Positions 39,535 through 52,564 of a stretch of 64,000 nucleotides of DNA are shown here, piece after piece. The DNA comes from Octopus sinensis (lineage: Eukaryota), in NCBI RefSeq assembly GCF_006345805.1, contig NC_043005.1, positions 84,134,001-84,198,000 on the forward strand, written 5' to 3'. The notes below the pieces were generated by a model. That model worked only from the letters and a program-made list of their open reading frames with translations, was not told where the DNA came from and did no database searches. How positions within the stretch are numbered: the first letter of the stretch is position 1; each line of letters begins with the position of its first letter. The position numbers and the translations under genes are program-made.

Positions 39535-39770
39535 GGGTATCTAAAAGATACCATCATGCTAGAGATAGCAGTCAAAACTAGACTCTAAGACCACATCAAA
39601 TATTCATACAGAACTAGGAGAGAAGACAAAGAGACAAAATAAACTAACAAAAAATTACTGAATTTTTTATTAGTTTATTTTGCCTCCCGGTACTGTATGA
39701 ATATTTAAATCCGGTTTTAGAGTCAAGATTTGACTGCTATCTCTAGCATGATAGTATCTTTTAGATACCC
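39535..39770. mobile_element. Fully palindromic MITE, TTAA-flanked (Kolobok-like GGG...CCC ends)
   Basis: TTAA-GGGTATCTAAAAGATACCATCATGCTAGAGATAGCAGTCAAA ... TTTGACTGCTATCTCTAGCATGATAGTATCTTTTAGATACCC-TTAA. Confidence 0.75.
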
Positions 39771-39879
39771 TTAATTATAATTTTAAGAATAATTATTATT
39801 TATGAGGTTTTTATTCCCATGCTAGCTACTTGATATGATCAGCATTTAAAAAAATGATCTTTTCCTTATTTATATAAAT

Positions 39880-39910
<31 letters not shown>

Positions 39911-40254
39911 ACAGGCACACACACACATCATATGTATATATATTCCATATATGCACTGATACATATTTGTATGTCTGTGTATGTGTATATGATGATGATG
40001 ATGATGATAATCGTTTTAATGTTCACTTTTTCATGTTTTTACTTGGGCCAGATGGAGTTCATAGAGGCAGATTTTTCTATAGTTGGATGCCTTTCCTGTC
40101 ACCAACCCTCACCTATTTCCAAGCAAGGTAATATTTCCTCCATGGCTGGACATGTTGACAGAAAATTGGAAAGAAACGACAGTGACACTTATTATTACAC
40201 CCTTTGTTCCAGAGGTACAGTGCCAGAGATTTCGGAAGAATAGGTAAGTGATTT

Positions 40255-40610
40255 ATATCGACCCCTGTACACAACTGGTACTTATTTTATTGACTCCATA
40301 ATGATGGAAGGCAAAGCTGACCTTGATTGGATTTGAACTCAGAAAATAAAGACAGACGAAATGCTAATAAGCATTTTGTCTAGCATGCCAACATTTCTTT
40401 TCTACTCTAGGCACAAGCCTGAAATTTTTGGGGAGGGGGCCAGTCGATTAGATCGACCCCAGTACACAACTGGTACTTAATTTATCGACCCCGAAAAGAT
40501 GAAAAGCAAAGTCGACCTCGGCACAATTTGATCTCAAAACATAAAGACAGACGAAATATTGCTAAGCATTTCGCCCAGTGTGCTAACGATTTTGCCAGCT
40601 CACCCCCTTG
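40255..40610 (-). mobile_element. Two nested/adjacent SINE family B copies
   Basis: Core and B box seen twice (40255-40397, 40398-40610). Confidence 0.75.
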
Positions 40611-40680
40611 AGTATAGGTAGATACATCTAAGGATTAATAAATAAAGAGACAGATAGACAAATAGATAAGTAACCAAATA

Positions 40681-42757
40681 TCATCATCATCATCATCATC
40701 ATCATTTAACGTCCGCTTTCCATGCTAGCATGGGTTGGACGGTTCAACTGGGGTCTGGGGAGCCCGAAAGCTGCACCAGTCCAGTCAGATCTGGCAGTGT
40801 TTCTACGCTGGATGCCCTTCCTAACGCCAACCACTCCGAGATTGTAGTGGGTGATTTTTGTGCCACCGACACAGGTGCCAGACGAGGCTGACAAACGGCC
40901 ACGCTCGGATGGTGTTTTTATGTGCCACCGACACAGGTGCCAGACGAGGCTGGCAGACGGCCACGCTCGGATGGTGTTTTTATGTGCCACCGACACAGGT
41001 GCCAGACGAGGCTGGCAGACGGCCACGCTCGGATGGTGTTTTTATGTGCCACCGACACAGGTGCCAGACGAGGCTGGCAGACGGCCACGCTCGGATGGTG
41101 TTTTTATGTGCCACCGACACAGGTGCCAGATGAGGCTGGCAAACGGCCACGATCGGATGGTGCTTGTTACGTGCCCATAGCACGGAGGCCAGTCGATGCG
41201 GTACTGGCTACGGCCACGTTCGGATGGTTTTCTTATGTGCCACGTGCCACCGGCACTGGTACCACAAAGATACAAATCCATTGATGTTCATCTATTTTGA
41301 TTTGGTTTTGATTTGATTTGATTTTCACTTGCCTCAACAGGTCTTCACAAGTGTCACAAGAAGGAAGGTATGCACAGGTGGACTGACTACGTCCCAGGTA
41401 GGGGCCATGGTTATGGCCTGACTAGTCTTGCCGGGTCTTCGGATGGTGTTTTTATGTGCCACCGACACAGGTGCTAGATGAGGCTGGCGACGGCCACGAT
41501 CGGATGGTGTTTGTCATGTGCCCACCGCACTGACTATGCACTGATGGATTTCTTGTGTGCCACAGGCACTGGTACCACAAGATACAAATTCCATTGATGT
41601 TCATCTATTTTGTCTATTTTGATTTGATTTGATTTGATTTTCACTTGCCTCAACCGTCTTCACAAGTTCACAAGAAGGAAGGAAGGTATGCACAGGTGGA
41701 CTGACTAGTCTTGCTGGGTCTTCGGAAGGTGTTTTTATGTGCCACCGACACAGGTGCCAGATGAGGCTGGCGAACGGCCATGATCGGATGGTGTTTGTTA
41801 CGTGCCCACAGCACGGAGGCCGGCCGATGCGGAACTGGCTACGGCCACGTTCGGATGGTTCTCATGTGTGCCACCGGCACTGGTACCACAAAGTGTGTGC
41901 CACCGGCACTGGTACCACAAAGATACAGATTCCATTGATGTTCATCTATTTTGATTTGTTTTGATTTGATTTTCACTTGCCTCAACAGGTCTTCACAAGT
42001 GTCACAAGAAGGAAGGTATGCACAGGTGGACTGACTACGTCCCAGGTAGGGGCCATGGGTTATGGCCTGACTAGTCTTGCCGGGTCTTCGGATGGTGTTT
42101 TTATGTGCCACCGACACAGGTGCTAGATGAGGCTGGCGAACGGCCACGATCGGATGGCCAGTGATGCGGTACTGAGTGTGCCACCGGCACTGGTACCACA
42201 AGCGGTACTGACTACGGCCACGTTCGGATGGATTCTTGTGTGCCACCGGCACTGGTACCACAAGCGGTACTGACTACGGCCACGTTCGGATGGATTCTTG
42301 TGTGCCACTGGCACTGGTACCACAAGGATACAAATTCCATTGATGTTCATCTATTTTGATTTGTTTTGATTTGATTTGATTTTCACTTGCCTCAGCAGGT
42401 CTTCACAAGTCGGAAGGTATGTACAGGTGGACTGACTACGTCCCAGGTAGGGCCCATGGGTTATGACCTGACTAGTCTTGCCGGGTCTTCGGATGGTGTT
42501 TTTATGTGCCACCATGTTCCCACAGCACGGAGGCCAGTCGATGCGGTACTGGCTACGGCCACGTTCGGATGGTTTTCTTGTGTGCCACAGGCACTGGTAC
42601 CACAAAGATACAAATTCCATTGATGTTCATCTATTTTGATTGATTTTCACTTGCCTCAGCAGGTCTTCACAAGTGTCACAAGAAGGAAGGTATGCACAGG
42701 TGGATCGACTACGTCCCAGGTAGGGGCCACGGGATATGGCCTGACTAGTCCTGCCGA
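40681..42757 (-). repeat. Composite tandem array of RTE 3'-UTR modules
   Basis: (GAT)n tail, terminal domain, five near-identical 61-bp units, then five ~280-400-bp modules each containing TTGATGTTCATCTATTTTGA, TTCACTTGCCTCA and CTAGTCTTGCCGGGTCTTC-like motifs. Confidence 0.85.
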
Positions 42758-42826
42758 TATATATATATATATATATATAACTTAGAAGATGATGTGTGGC
42801 ATTCAATCATATAATAATATAAATAA

Positions 42827-42881
<55 letters not shown>

Positions 42882-42933
42882 ATATGTATATGTATATATG
42901 CATATATACAGACGTATATGCACATACTACATC

Positions 42934-42973
<40 letters not shown>

Positions 42974-43578
42974 CATATGTGGGCACAGGATGTCATGAAA
43001 TGTGTACAACAAAAAGGTACGATGTATGAGTACATGGAACATGAACTATTCTTTTCGAACAACAAAAGACACAAATGGAAAACAAAACAAGCAATACGAC
43101 CCTTCATCAGTTATTGGCTGTTTTTCTACTCTTGTATTTTGAGCATTTAACAACAATATACGCTTTCAATAAAACAGTTGCTCCCGCAAAGCAAATTAAA
43201 TAAAATTTTGGATTTTATGGAGGGTCAAAATAGGTAACACGAACAGAACAGTGAAAACAAATAAGAAGGGCTGCTAAGCCTAAATAAGGTTGTGGTGGTA
43301 AATGCTTAAATCAAGCTTGGACAGGAGACAACCAAGAACACGTCTTCCTTGTTCCAGCTACAACAGAGAGAAAGAAAGAAACACAAGTTAGGAGAAGAAA
43401 GACGGCTGATTGTCATGTGGGAGCCACATGAGCAAGGGAGGAGGAGTGAGGGAGAGAGAGAGCGACAGAGTAATAGGATAGAAAAGTGGGAGAAGAGGAG
43501 GTAAAAGAATGAGAGAGAAAGAGAGAAAAACGAAAGAGTATATGTATATATGCATATATATATATATTATTTATATAT

Positions 43579-43627
<49 letters not shown>

Positions 43628-44769
43628 GGATAGATACTTAACTAGATAGACAGATGGATAGCTATGTAGATAGACATATATTTAGATAGATATAGATGGA
43701 TAGATTGAGAGAGATCTATAGACTGAGAAATATAAAAGTGCAAGATGTAGAACGTAGAGATTTATAACAGTTGTATAACACGTGTGTGAAGGCATGCATG
43801 CACACACACACATAATTGTATAGTGTGGAAGTTTGCTTCCCAACTATATAGATTCAGGTTCAGTCCCACTGCATGGCATCTTGGGCAAGTGTCTTCTCAA
43901 TCAAAACCTTACGAGTGGATTTAGTAGGAGGAAACTGAAAGAAGCCTGTCATATACGAATATATACACATATATAAATGGTAAAGACCCCCTTTGATCAT
44001 AAGTGACCATGAGTTTGCACCAAGAGATTTACCCTCCAAGGCACTAGACTGAACGAGGTTGTTTTATGGAAGATCAGCAGTTGCCCATGCATTTGCATGT
44101 GAAGGCATGCATACTCACACACACACAAAAGTAATTTACGCATATTTTCGAAGGATTCCATTAGTGAATTTCCTACACCGAATCAACTTAGAATACTTCA
44201 TGGCTTACCATTTTAAAGTAAACCGAAAGAAACTCACATCATTTAACGAATATCAAATGGAAAAAATGAGAGATTTTTGTGTTGTGGTGCATGCTAGGCG
44301 TTGGATGTAGATATTCTTAAGTGAATTTAGATGTATGGAACTGTAGACATCATGGAAGAACATTATAACAATTGTTTAACACTTTCTAACAAAGATATAT
44401 GCCATATTCACTTCCCATCAGTCCATTTGACTTTTCCTTTCGGTTTTTCTTCCTTTGTTATTTAAAGACAGTCAATATCGCAAAAAACATATAAACCAAT
44501 ATTTACATATAACTACATATATATATATATATATATATATTCAATGATTGCATATATATTGATTATATATGCCATCATGATCATCATCAAAATCATCATC
44601 AGCATTTAATATCTGTTTTCCCTGCTAGAATGGGCTGCATGGCTTAGCTGGAGCAGATGAATCATCTGCTCTGTACGGTTTGAAATGGTTTCTACTGATG
44701 GATGTCCTTCCTAATGCCAACCGGGCTGTACAGGGTGTGTGTACACACACATACACACACACACATGTA

Positions 44770-44823
<54 letters not shown>

Positions 44824-44890
44824 TATATTTGTAAAAAATGAAGTTCGAAAATGCTGCTGTATTATACAATTTTTAATTTTTATATATACA

Positions 44891-44935
44891 TTATAACATG
44901 TTTCAGTTCCTGAAATGAACCTTATCAAAAAAAGT
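44891..44935 (-). ncRNA. Decayed minimal hammerhead ribozyme in PLE terminal region
   Basis: TTGATAA-GGTTC-ATTTCAG-GAACT-GAAAC-AT-GTT: core differs from CTGATGA/CGAAAC by transitions; palindromic ACATGT stem III. Confidence 0.5.
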
Positions 44936-45244
44936 TATATATAAAAAGAGACAGCTCATGCCGTCAAACACAAGAAATTCATTTATAATACACAACGGAG
45001 TCAGACATCTTAGAGTTCATGTATAGTTGATATATAGTTCATGTATAGTTGATATATAGTTTGAAGTATATGTTCAAAGTGTTCGATGCAGTGGCCCACG
45101 GTGGCGATACGTATTCAATACAAAAAACAGATCAAAGTGGTGGAAAGCGGTCAATACAGAAGATTGATGTTTCCGAAAGAGCGAGGAATTCATTTTTGCC
45201 TTAAGCAATTGTGATGACCCATGGTGGAAGTTCGCTGGGTGGTT

Positions 45245-45642
45245 CTAGTGAGTTTTTGTGAAATGCTCGGTTTTATAATGCCTGTTAGGTGGTCAATCTA
45301 GCGTAGCGTGACGTCATCAATGTTTTGACCAATCGTTTCGTTAGGTGGCTTTAACCAAGTGGAACGGGACGTCATCATTATTTTGACCAATCGCTGCATT
45401 ATAACTCCCTCTTGTTTGTTTCCTGTCTTGACCAGTCGCTTCGTTAGTCAAGCATAGCGGGACGTCATCCAGATTCTGCCCAATCACAACTTATAGCTAC
45501 ATTAGATCTGCCCCCTGTCTGTACTTGTTAGGTGACTATTCAAGCAGAAAAGGACGTCATCAATATTCTGACTAATGACTGTCCCCTGTTTGTATCCTGT
45601 CCATTCTAGCAGAGCTAGACGTCATCAACTTGTTGACCAATC
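45245..45642 (-). promoter_or_regulatory. Putative Pol II promoter: 5 x (inverted CCAAT + CRE-like) modules, TATA box, initiator
   Basis: GACGTCATC-N6-(T/C)TGACCAATC-like motifs at 45310, 45368, 45461, 45553 and 45618; TATAAAA at 45277-45271; TCACT with A at 45249. Confidence 0.6.
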
Positions 45643-45808
45643 AGAATCGGGTCTGACCCTTAGCTGTATCGTATGTATCAGGGTCAGATTGCACGAAAGA
45701 ATTTTTTTCCTTTTTTACTAAGGCATATTTCCGTCAGAGTGAGTGTCTGTTTGAAGTAGCGGCCGTGGTGAAATTTGGTTCTCCTTTTCGGAGGACTTAT
45801 CTTTTGTT

Positions 45809-47380
45809 TTAGTATTCCTGGCCCAGGGTGTTTAAACTTGGTCTAAATTTTTTTATGAAATATAGTTCTTTTTTGGCGTTGTGTGAAGGTTGCGTTGTCA
45901 CTGAATTTATAGAGCGGGTTAGTTGTAAATTTCGGATTTACATTTCCAGCACATCTATCTATGTGTCCGCTGACCGGTATTTTGCGTAATCAGGGTTTCT
46001 AATTGTGATTTATGCACCGCCATCCTGTTACGTAAGCTATTTTTTGTATGCCCTATATACTGCCTATTGCAGCCTGTGCATGTTATGACATAAATTAAGT
46101 TTTCTGATGCGCAGGTGAAGTTTGTTCTAATGGTGAACTGGTGGCCTTGTTCCAGTATAAATTCTGATCCTTCTTTCAAGATGACACAGATTCCGCAGTT
46201 GGGCCTTCCACATTTTCTAACTGCTGGTTTGTGGTGATGTTGAGTGCAGTGTGCTTGGGTAAAATCCTTTTCAAGGATTTTGGTTGCCGTTTACTTTTAA
46301 TGATGGTGTGTGTTTCGAGGATCCGGTTCATCTTTGGGTCTCCCTTTAGTAGAGCTGTGCTTTGTAGTATGGTGTTGAAGGCCTCATTGTTGAGTGGGTT
46401 GTGTGTAGAGATGTAGGGAAGGGTTTTTAATTGTTCTTTCTTTTTTGGTTTTGTTTGTCTCAGGTCTTCTATACTTAATTTAAGTACCCGTTGGATTGCA
46501 CTGTCTATTAGGGGCTGTGGATAGTTTCTATTTGTGAGTGTGGTTCTAAGTTCCTGGAGACGTGTGTGTCGGGTGTTTGTGTCTGATATTATGGTGCAAA
46601 TCCTTCTAGCTAAACAAAAAGGGACATTCATTCTAGTGTGTCGTGGGTGGCATGAATCAAAGGGTAGGTACTGTTTAGAGTCTGTCGGTTTATAGTAGAT
46701 ATCTGTCTCTATTTTGTTGCCGGTTTTCTTAATGAGGATGTCTAAAAATGGTAATTCTTTTTCGTTGTGGTCCATCGTGAATTGTATATTGTCATTTATT
46801 CCATTTAATAGAATTTTAAATTCCTCAAGTTTCTCTATGCCTTTGTCCCAGATGATGAAACAGTCATCGAGGTATCTTTTCCAGTTGTTATGGATATAGG
46901 TGGCGAAGGTGTTTCCATATTTCTCGAGTGTCATCCGGTATAGTATTTTCTCGAGGTATCCCATCACTAGGTTGGCAAAAGATGGTGCAGTACGCGTGCC
47001 CATCGCTGTTCCCGATCTTTGCCTGTAGAAAGCATTGTCAAAATAAAATAATTGTTCTCTAAAATGAATCTAAGTCCTTCTATTATAAGGTCTTTGTTTA
47101 TGCGAGTTGGGAGTTCAAAGGGGTAGTTATTCAGCCAGAAGGTGATTGCTTCTATTCCTAGGTTGTGAGGGATGTTAGAATAAAGATTAACTACGTCGAA
47201 TGATACTAGAAGGGTTTTCTCATTGACTGTTTTAGGGAGGTGGTTGAGCATATCTATATCGTCTCTTACGTAGCTTTTGATGTGTTTTAGGAAAGGTTAA
47301 GAAGTGTGTCTAAGAAATTGCTGAGGCGGTGAGTTTCACATGCTGGCCCTGCTATTATCGGTCTTAGTTTAAGATCATTT

Positions 47381-47382
<2 letters not shown>
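45809..47382 (-). pseudogene. Penelope-type reverse transcriptase-GIY-YIG endonuclease, frameshifted
   Basis: LRPIIAG, SFDVVNLYSNIP, MGT..APSFANLVM, KRYLDDCF, LPFLDI, YYKPTD, NLIYVITC..C...YIGHT...LRNRM..H, terminal PSLN. Confidence 0.92.
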
Positions 47383-47435
<53 letters not shown>

Positions 47436-47465
47436 GTATGTATGCATATATATATGTATATATAA

Positions 47466-47683
47466 TTTCTTTTATTTGTTTCAGTCATATGGCTGTGGCC
47501 ATGCTGAGAGTACTACCTTTAGTCAAACAAGTCGACCCCAGAACTTATTCTTTGTAAGCCTAGTACCTATTCTATCAGTCTCTTTGCCGAACCACTAAGT
47601 TATGGGGGCATAAACACACCAGCATCAGTTGTCAAGCAATGGTATGGGGACAAATACAGACACACAAACATACACACACACAC

Positions 47684-47723
<40 letters not shown>

Positions 47724-48140
47724 CATATATATATATGTATGTATGCATATATATATATATATATGTATATATATATTCTTTTATTTGTTTCAGTCATATG
47801 GCTGTGGCCATGCTGGAGTACTACCTTTAGTCAAACAAGTCGACCCCAGAACTTATTCTTTGTAAGCCTAGTACCTATTCTATCAGTCTCTTTGCCGAAC
47901 CACTAAGTTATGGGGGCATAAACACACCAGCATCAGTTGTCAAGCAATGGTATGGGGACAAATACAGACACACAAACATACACACACACACATTATATAT
48001 ATATATATATATATACTCACAAGGCTTTGGTTGGCCCAAGGCTATAGTAGAAGACACTTGCCCAAGCTGTCACAGAGTGGGACTGAACCCAGAACCATGT
48101 AGTTGGTAAGCAAGCTACTTACCACACAGCCAGCCATGCC
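47466..48140 (-). mobile_element. SINE family A with ~310-bp internal tandem duplication
   Basis: 3' half present twice (from 47466 and 47776), nearly identical. Confidence 0.85.
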
Positions 48141-48854
48141 TGTACCTATATATATATATATATATAATATATATATATATATATAATTAGAGTGGTTTTA
48201 TCATTAACTTTTGAATTATGAAAATAATGTATTTCACTCATAATTATTATATTATTCGTTAAATTAAAGTCAATCAGGTTTTGTTTTGGAGAGAATTGAA
48301 TATAAAGCTTTCACTTTTATAATAGTAACTATGGAAGACTTGTAAAATTATTATTTGTATGGACTTAAAGATTGGTCGCTATTTAGTATATAATTCAGTG
48401 ATTGTAGGTTTACTATTAATACCGATACGGATGTACATATAGATTTATGTGTTTCTTTGTTGTAGTTTAATTTTAAAGTGTTTAATCCTGCCTATATTTA
48501 GATTGAATGAACGTAGTTAATAAGCTTTCACTTTTATATTATACTATGAAAGACTGAAGGTTGCTGTTTAGTTACATATTTAGGAGTTGGTTATTGATTT
48601 ACTTATTGAATTTTTTTACTAATACCATTGTACATAGGGTAAATGTGTTGTAGTTTTTTTGGTATATTTGTTCCCAAACAACACTTATTTTAGTGCTGTT
48701 GACTCCACCTGATTGATTGGTACTGCCCAGGTGTCGAAACCATAATGATATCCGTGGGACAGCTGATGATGGAGGTGTGTTGGATTGTTAGTATGGCTGT
48801 TTTTGTATATGTGGAATAGTATTATAACACATCCTTTTGATATATATATATATA

Positions 48855-49066
48855 TAGTTAATCCAAACATGAACAAAGAGAAAACACAACAATGCGAGGA
48901 CATGGAACAAGTATAGTGTTATTGGACGCTCAGGAAAGGAAAGAAAGAAGGAGGATTTAACGTTTTGAGCGGAACTCTTCATCAGAAACATAGAAAAAGG
49001 AAAGGTCCAAAGAAGGGAAGACGGAGAAAGAAAATCGCCAATGATATACACGTGGTCACATATTGA
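48855..49066 (-). mobile_element. Solo PLE-LTR-like mini-element with hammerhead motif
   Basis: TTT-CTGATGA-A-GAGT-TCC-GCTC-AAAAC-GTT-AAA; in (TA)n. Confidence 0.65.
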
Positions 49067-49780
49067 AAAATATATATATATTGTTTATATATATATTCCT
49101 ATATAGATTGTTTATATATATATTCCTATATAGATTGTTTATATATATATATAAAGAGAGAGAGAGAGAGAGATTATGCATACATGTGTACATACATATA
49201 TGTTTCAACACCTGAACTAATATTGCCAAAGAATTTTTAATCTTTTCTTGTTTTCTGTTAAATCATAGGCACTTTACACTTCTTAATAGAAATTCATTGA
49301 AAGCAAGGTACAATCACTGTAAAAAGTTTGCTTGTTATACCGTTTCTGATTTAGATACAAAGCTTGCAACTTTGAGGGGAAGGGTAAGTTACTACTTTTA
49401 GCTTCAGTATTTGACTGGTTAATTTTTTAATTAATCCTAGACACAATTAACCTGAGTAGAAATTGAACTTAAAATATGAGCCAAAAGGGGCTACGGTAAT
49501 CTTAATCTCAGAGTGGCACACTTAATCTGTTAGGGGTGTTAGACATAATCTACCACTCAAATTGTCCCTAATTTCTGGTTCTTTGGTACCCTATAGAAAG
49601 CGGAACCTATTGCAATCACTCAGACTCCAACATGTCCGGTCTGTGATAAAATAATAACCTAATATCTTGGTGTAAAATAACTTCACCCTTAAGCCAGGTT
49701 TTCCTCTCTCCTCTTTTACCCACCAAGATGCATCAATGGGGACTGTTCTACCTTCTTCCTCTGCATTATAAACACATCTG

Positions 49781-50000
49781 AAGGTGCAGGACTTAGGGGC
49801 TAAGGAATTTGGCTCATGATTATAAGGGCGTGAGTTTGATTCACAGCAGTATATTGTGTCCTTGAGCAAGACACTTTATTTCATGTTGCTCTAGTCCACT
49901 CAGCTGGCAAAAATGTGTTGTACCAGTAATTCAAAGGGGCCAGCCTTGTCACATTCTGTGTCATGCAGAAACTCCCTGAGAACTATGTAAAAGGGACACT
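49781..50000 (+). mobile_element. SINE family E, diverged
   Basis: Matches 17297->17080. Confidence 0.65.
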
Positions 50001-50760
50001 TGTTGACATAACTAAAGGAGAGCCAGACCATGAAGACACAAAGAAGAGACGAGGCCCCAACTGTTAATTCACAAGATGGGTCAATGATGAACTAGTGGGA
50101 AAGCCTCAATGTGTTCGATTGATTTGCTAAATTTAGCAGCTAAATGCTCTCAAATACTAATTTACTATTTTTGTAAAGAAACACTTTGGATAATGTTGTC
50201 ATCCAAAGCAGACAGGGAAAAAGATGAAATGGTCATGGATGGCATGCATTAGATCATATGTCTGCTCCTTTAGGACTGACCCTGGGCTAAACAACAATAA
50301 GAGGATATTGATTAAAGGAGTAACATACAACCAAGTCAGAATTTAAAAGCAAAAAAGTCATGAAAATTGTTGACACAGATTCATATAAAGTTTGTACAAA
50401 GAAACTCAATCTGACAATATTTAGATAGACAGACACACAGATACACATAGGCATACAGAACACATGCAGTTAAACATACTAATACATACATACACATCAA
50501 ACACACATGGTATTATAACAATATGTATTGTGTGTATATGTGAATGTATGTGTGTGTATATATATATAGGTATGTGTGTATGTGTGTGAATGTATGTATA
50601 TATATACATATACACGTGCAAATAGGCAAAATATAATATTTGCAAGCTGGAAAAATTTGAAATAAAAGTATTATAATTACATTATAATAATGCTCTGAAT
50701 ACCATATGTCTGACAGAATATAGATGTATATATATGTGTATATATGTGTATCTATATCTA

Positions 50761-50799
<39 letters not shown>

Positions 50800-50971
50800 G
50801 TGTGTGTGTGCATTGTTAGAAGCCACCATGGTGCTATCAAAAGCAAAAGTTCAAAAAATGAAAAAGAAAATTAAAAAATAAACTTAAAATGTACGATAAT
50901 TACATTATAATAATGTTTTCAATACCACATACTTGGGAGAAAAGTTGCATGGCACACACACACACAATTTA

Positions 50972-51012
<41 letters not shown>

Positions 51013-51562
51013 ATGTATACATATGTATATTAATCTGTGTAGAGTGTTATACTAATGTGTATGTATCAATGTCTATCTATGTATGTGTGTGTGTGTATAC
51101 ATATGTTTGTACATATGTATGTATTCATCTGTCTTTCTCCTTATATGTGTATACACCCACTCAAACACATACATTCATGCATATGTATTCGTACATAATA
51201 CTTACATGCACACGCATACACATATACACACATGACCATCATTACCTTAACATATGGAAATCAGGGTTTTTTTTTTGTTGTTTTGACTCCCTTGGTCCAA
51301 GACATACGAAAAATATTAACTTGTTCTTTTACAAACTGTAAATAGAATCTTTCACATTTCCTTATGTGCGTGCATACTTTTTCTTTTTTCCAGTCTCTTA
51401 GCAGGAGTTCACATATTATATTTCATTATCACATCTCCAATATTACCATTCTTTCAAAGAATTGTGATGAATCTTCAGAGGGTTCTGACAACCACACAAT
51501 CTCCACATGTATAATTTTCTTATTTCATATCCCTCTCTCTATGTATAAATATATATGCATGA

Positions 51563-51628
<66 letters not shown>

Positions 51629-52311
51629 ATGTGTGTGTATGTCTGTGTTTTGTCTTGTGTCTGATTAGCTGTTATGGTGAGATGGTGCGTTCTGATTGGC
51701 TGATAAAATGTGTTTAATATCAAAAATCTTAATGCATTCTCAACATGTTTGTTGAGGTATGTTCAATGTCGGTTATTAGAGTTGGACAGCATATGTTATC
51801 ATATTTGGACTTTAAAAAAAATAATTCTCCATGGTTAGCTGGTGTCAATATCATACATGTGCAACACATGTGGGACGCGTATGCGTGTTTTATAGAAGGA
51901 TTATTGTAAACAAATTTCTAGTGTGTTTTGTATGCTGTTTGTGTATTCTTGCCTTTGTCAAACTCTGTGATTAACAGCTCTGTGTGTGGGTGTATAATTA
52001 AATTAAGCGGTTTGGGGGCTGGGGTGGGGGGTGGGGGAATATGTTGTTCTTACGTGACCCATTTTCGTGACCTTGTGCTCTTTATTGAAGTTTTTAAAAT
52101 GTTCAGATGATAATATTCAAATATGAACATTAATTCCATGAATCATCATTAGCACATTTGTTGTTAATGACAGTTTTGTTTTTAAAGCAGTGCATTTTGA
52201 ATAGATAACGAGGTGGGGCAAGGGTGGGGCGGTGTTGTGGATTGTTAACGAGGGTCTGGGAACTGCCTTTACAAACATTTTTAATTGTTACACCAACATC
52301 ACTGCTATGAT

Positions 52312-52346
<35 letters not shown>

Positions 52347-52514
52347 ATAGGCACAGGCATGGCTGTGTGGGAAACCGTTTTCTTCCCAAATGCATGGTTC
52401 TGGGTTCACTCCCACGGTGCAGCACCTTGAGCTGCAACATCTTCTATAGCCTTGGGAAGACCAAAGCCTTGTGAGCAGATTTGGTAGAAGGGAACTGAAA
52501 GAGGCCTATCGTAT

Positions 52515-52560
<46 letters not shown>

Positions 52561-52564
52561 ATAT

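Larger units (their letters stand above)
44830..47382 (-). mobile_element. 5'-truncated Penelope-like element with ~1-kb 3' non-coding region
   Basis: RT + GIY-YIG remnant followed by promoter-like array and hammerhead-like motif; both ends lie in (TA)n. Confidence 0.9.

Noticed and set aside
45297-45642. CRISPR-like repeat/spacer array beside a nuclease gene
   Set aside because: Eukaryotic context with no cas genes; repeats are degenerate, spacers vary in length and are partly similar to each other (CCCCTGT...CCTGT)
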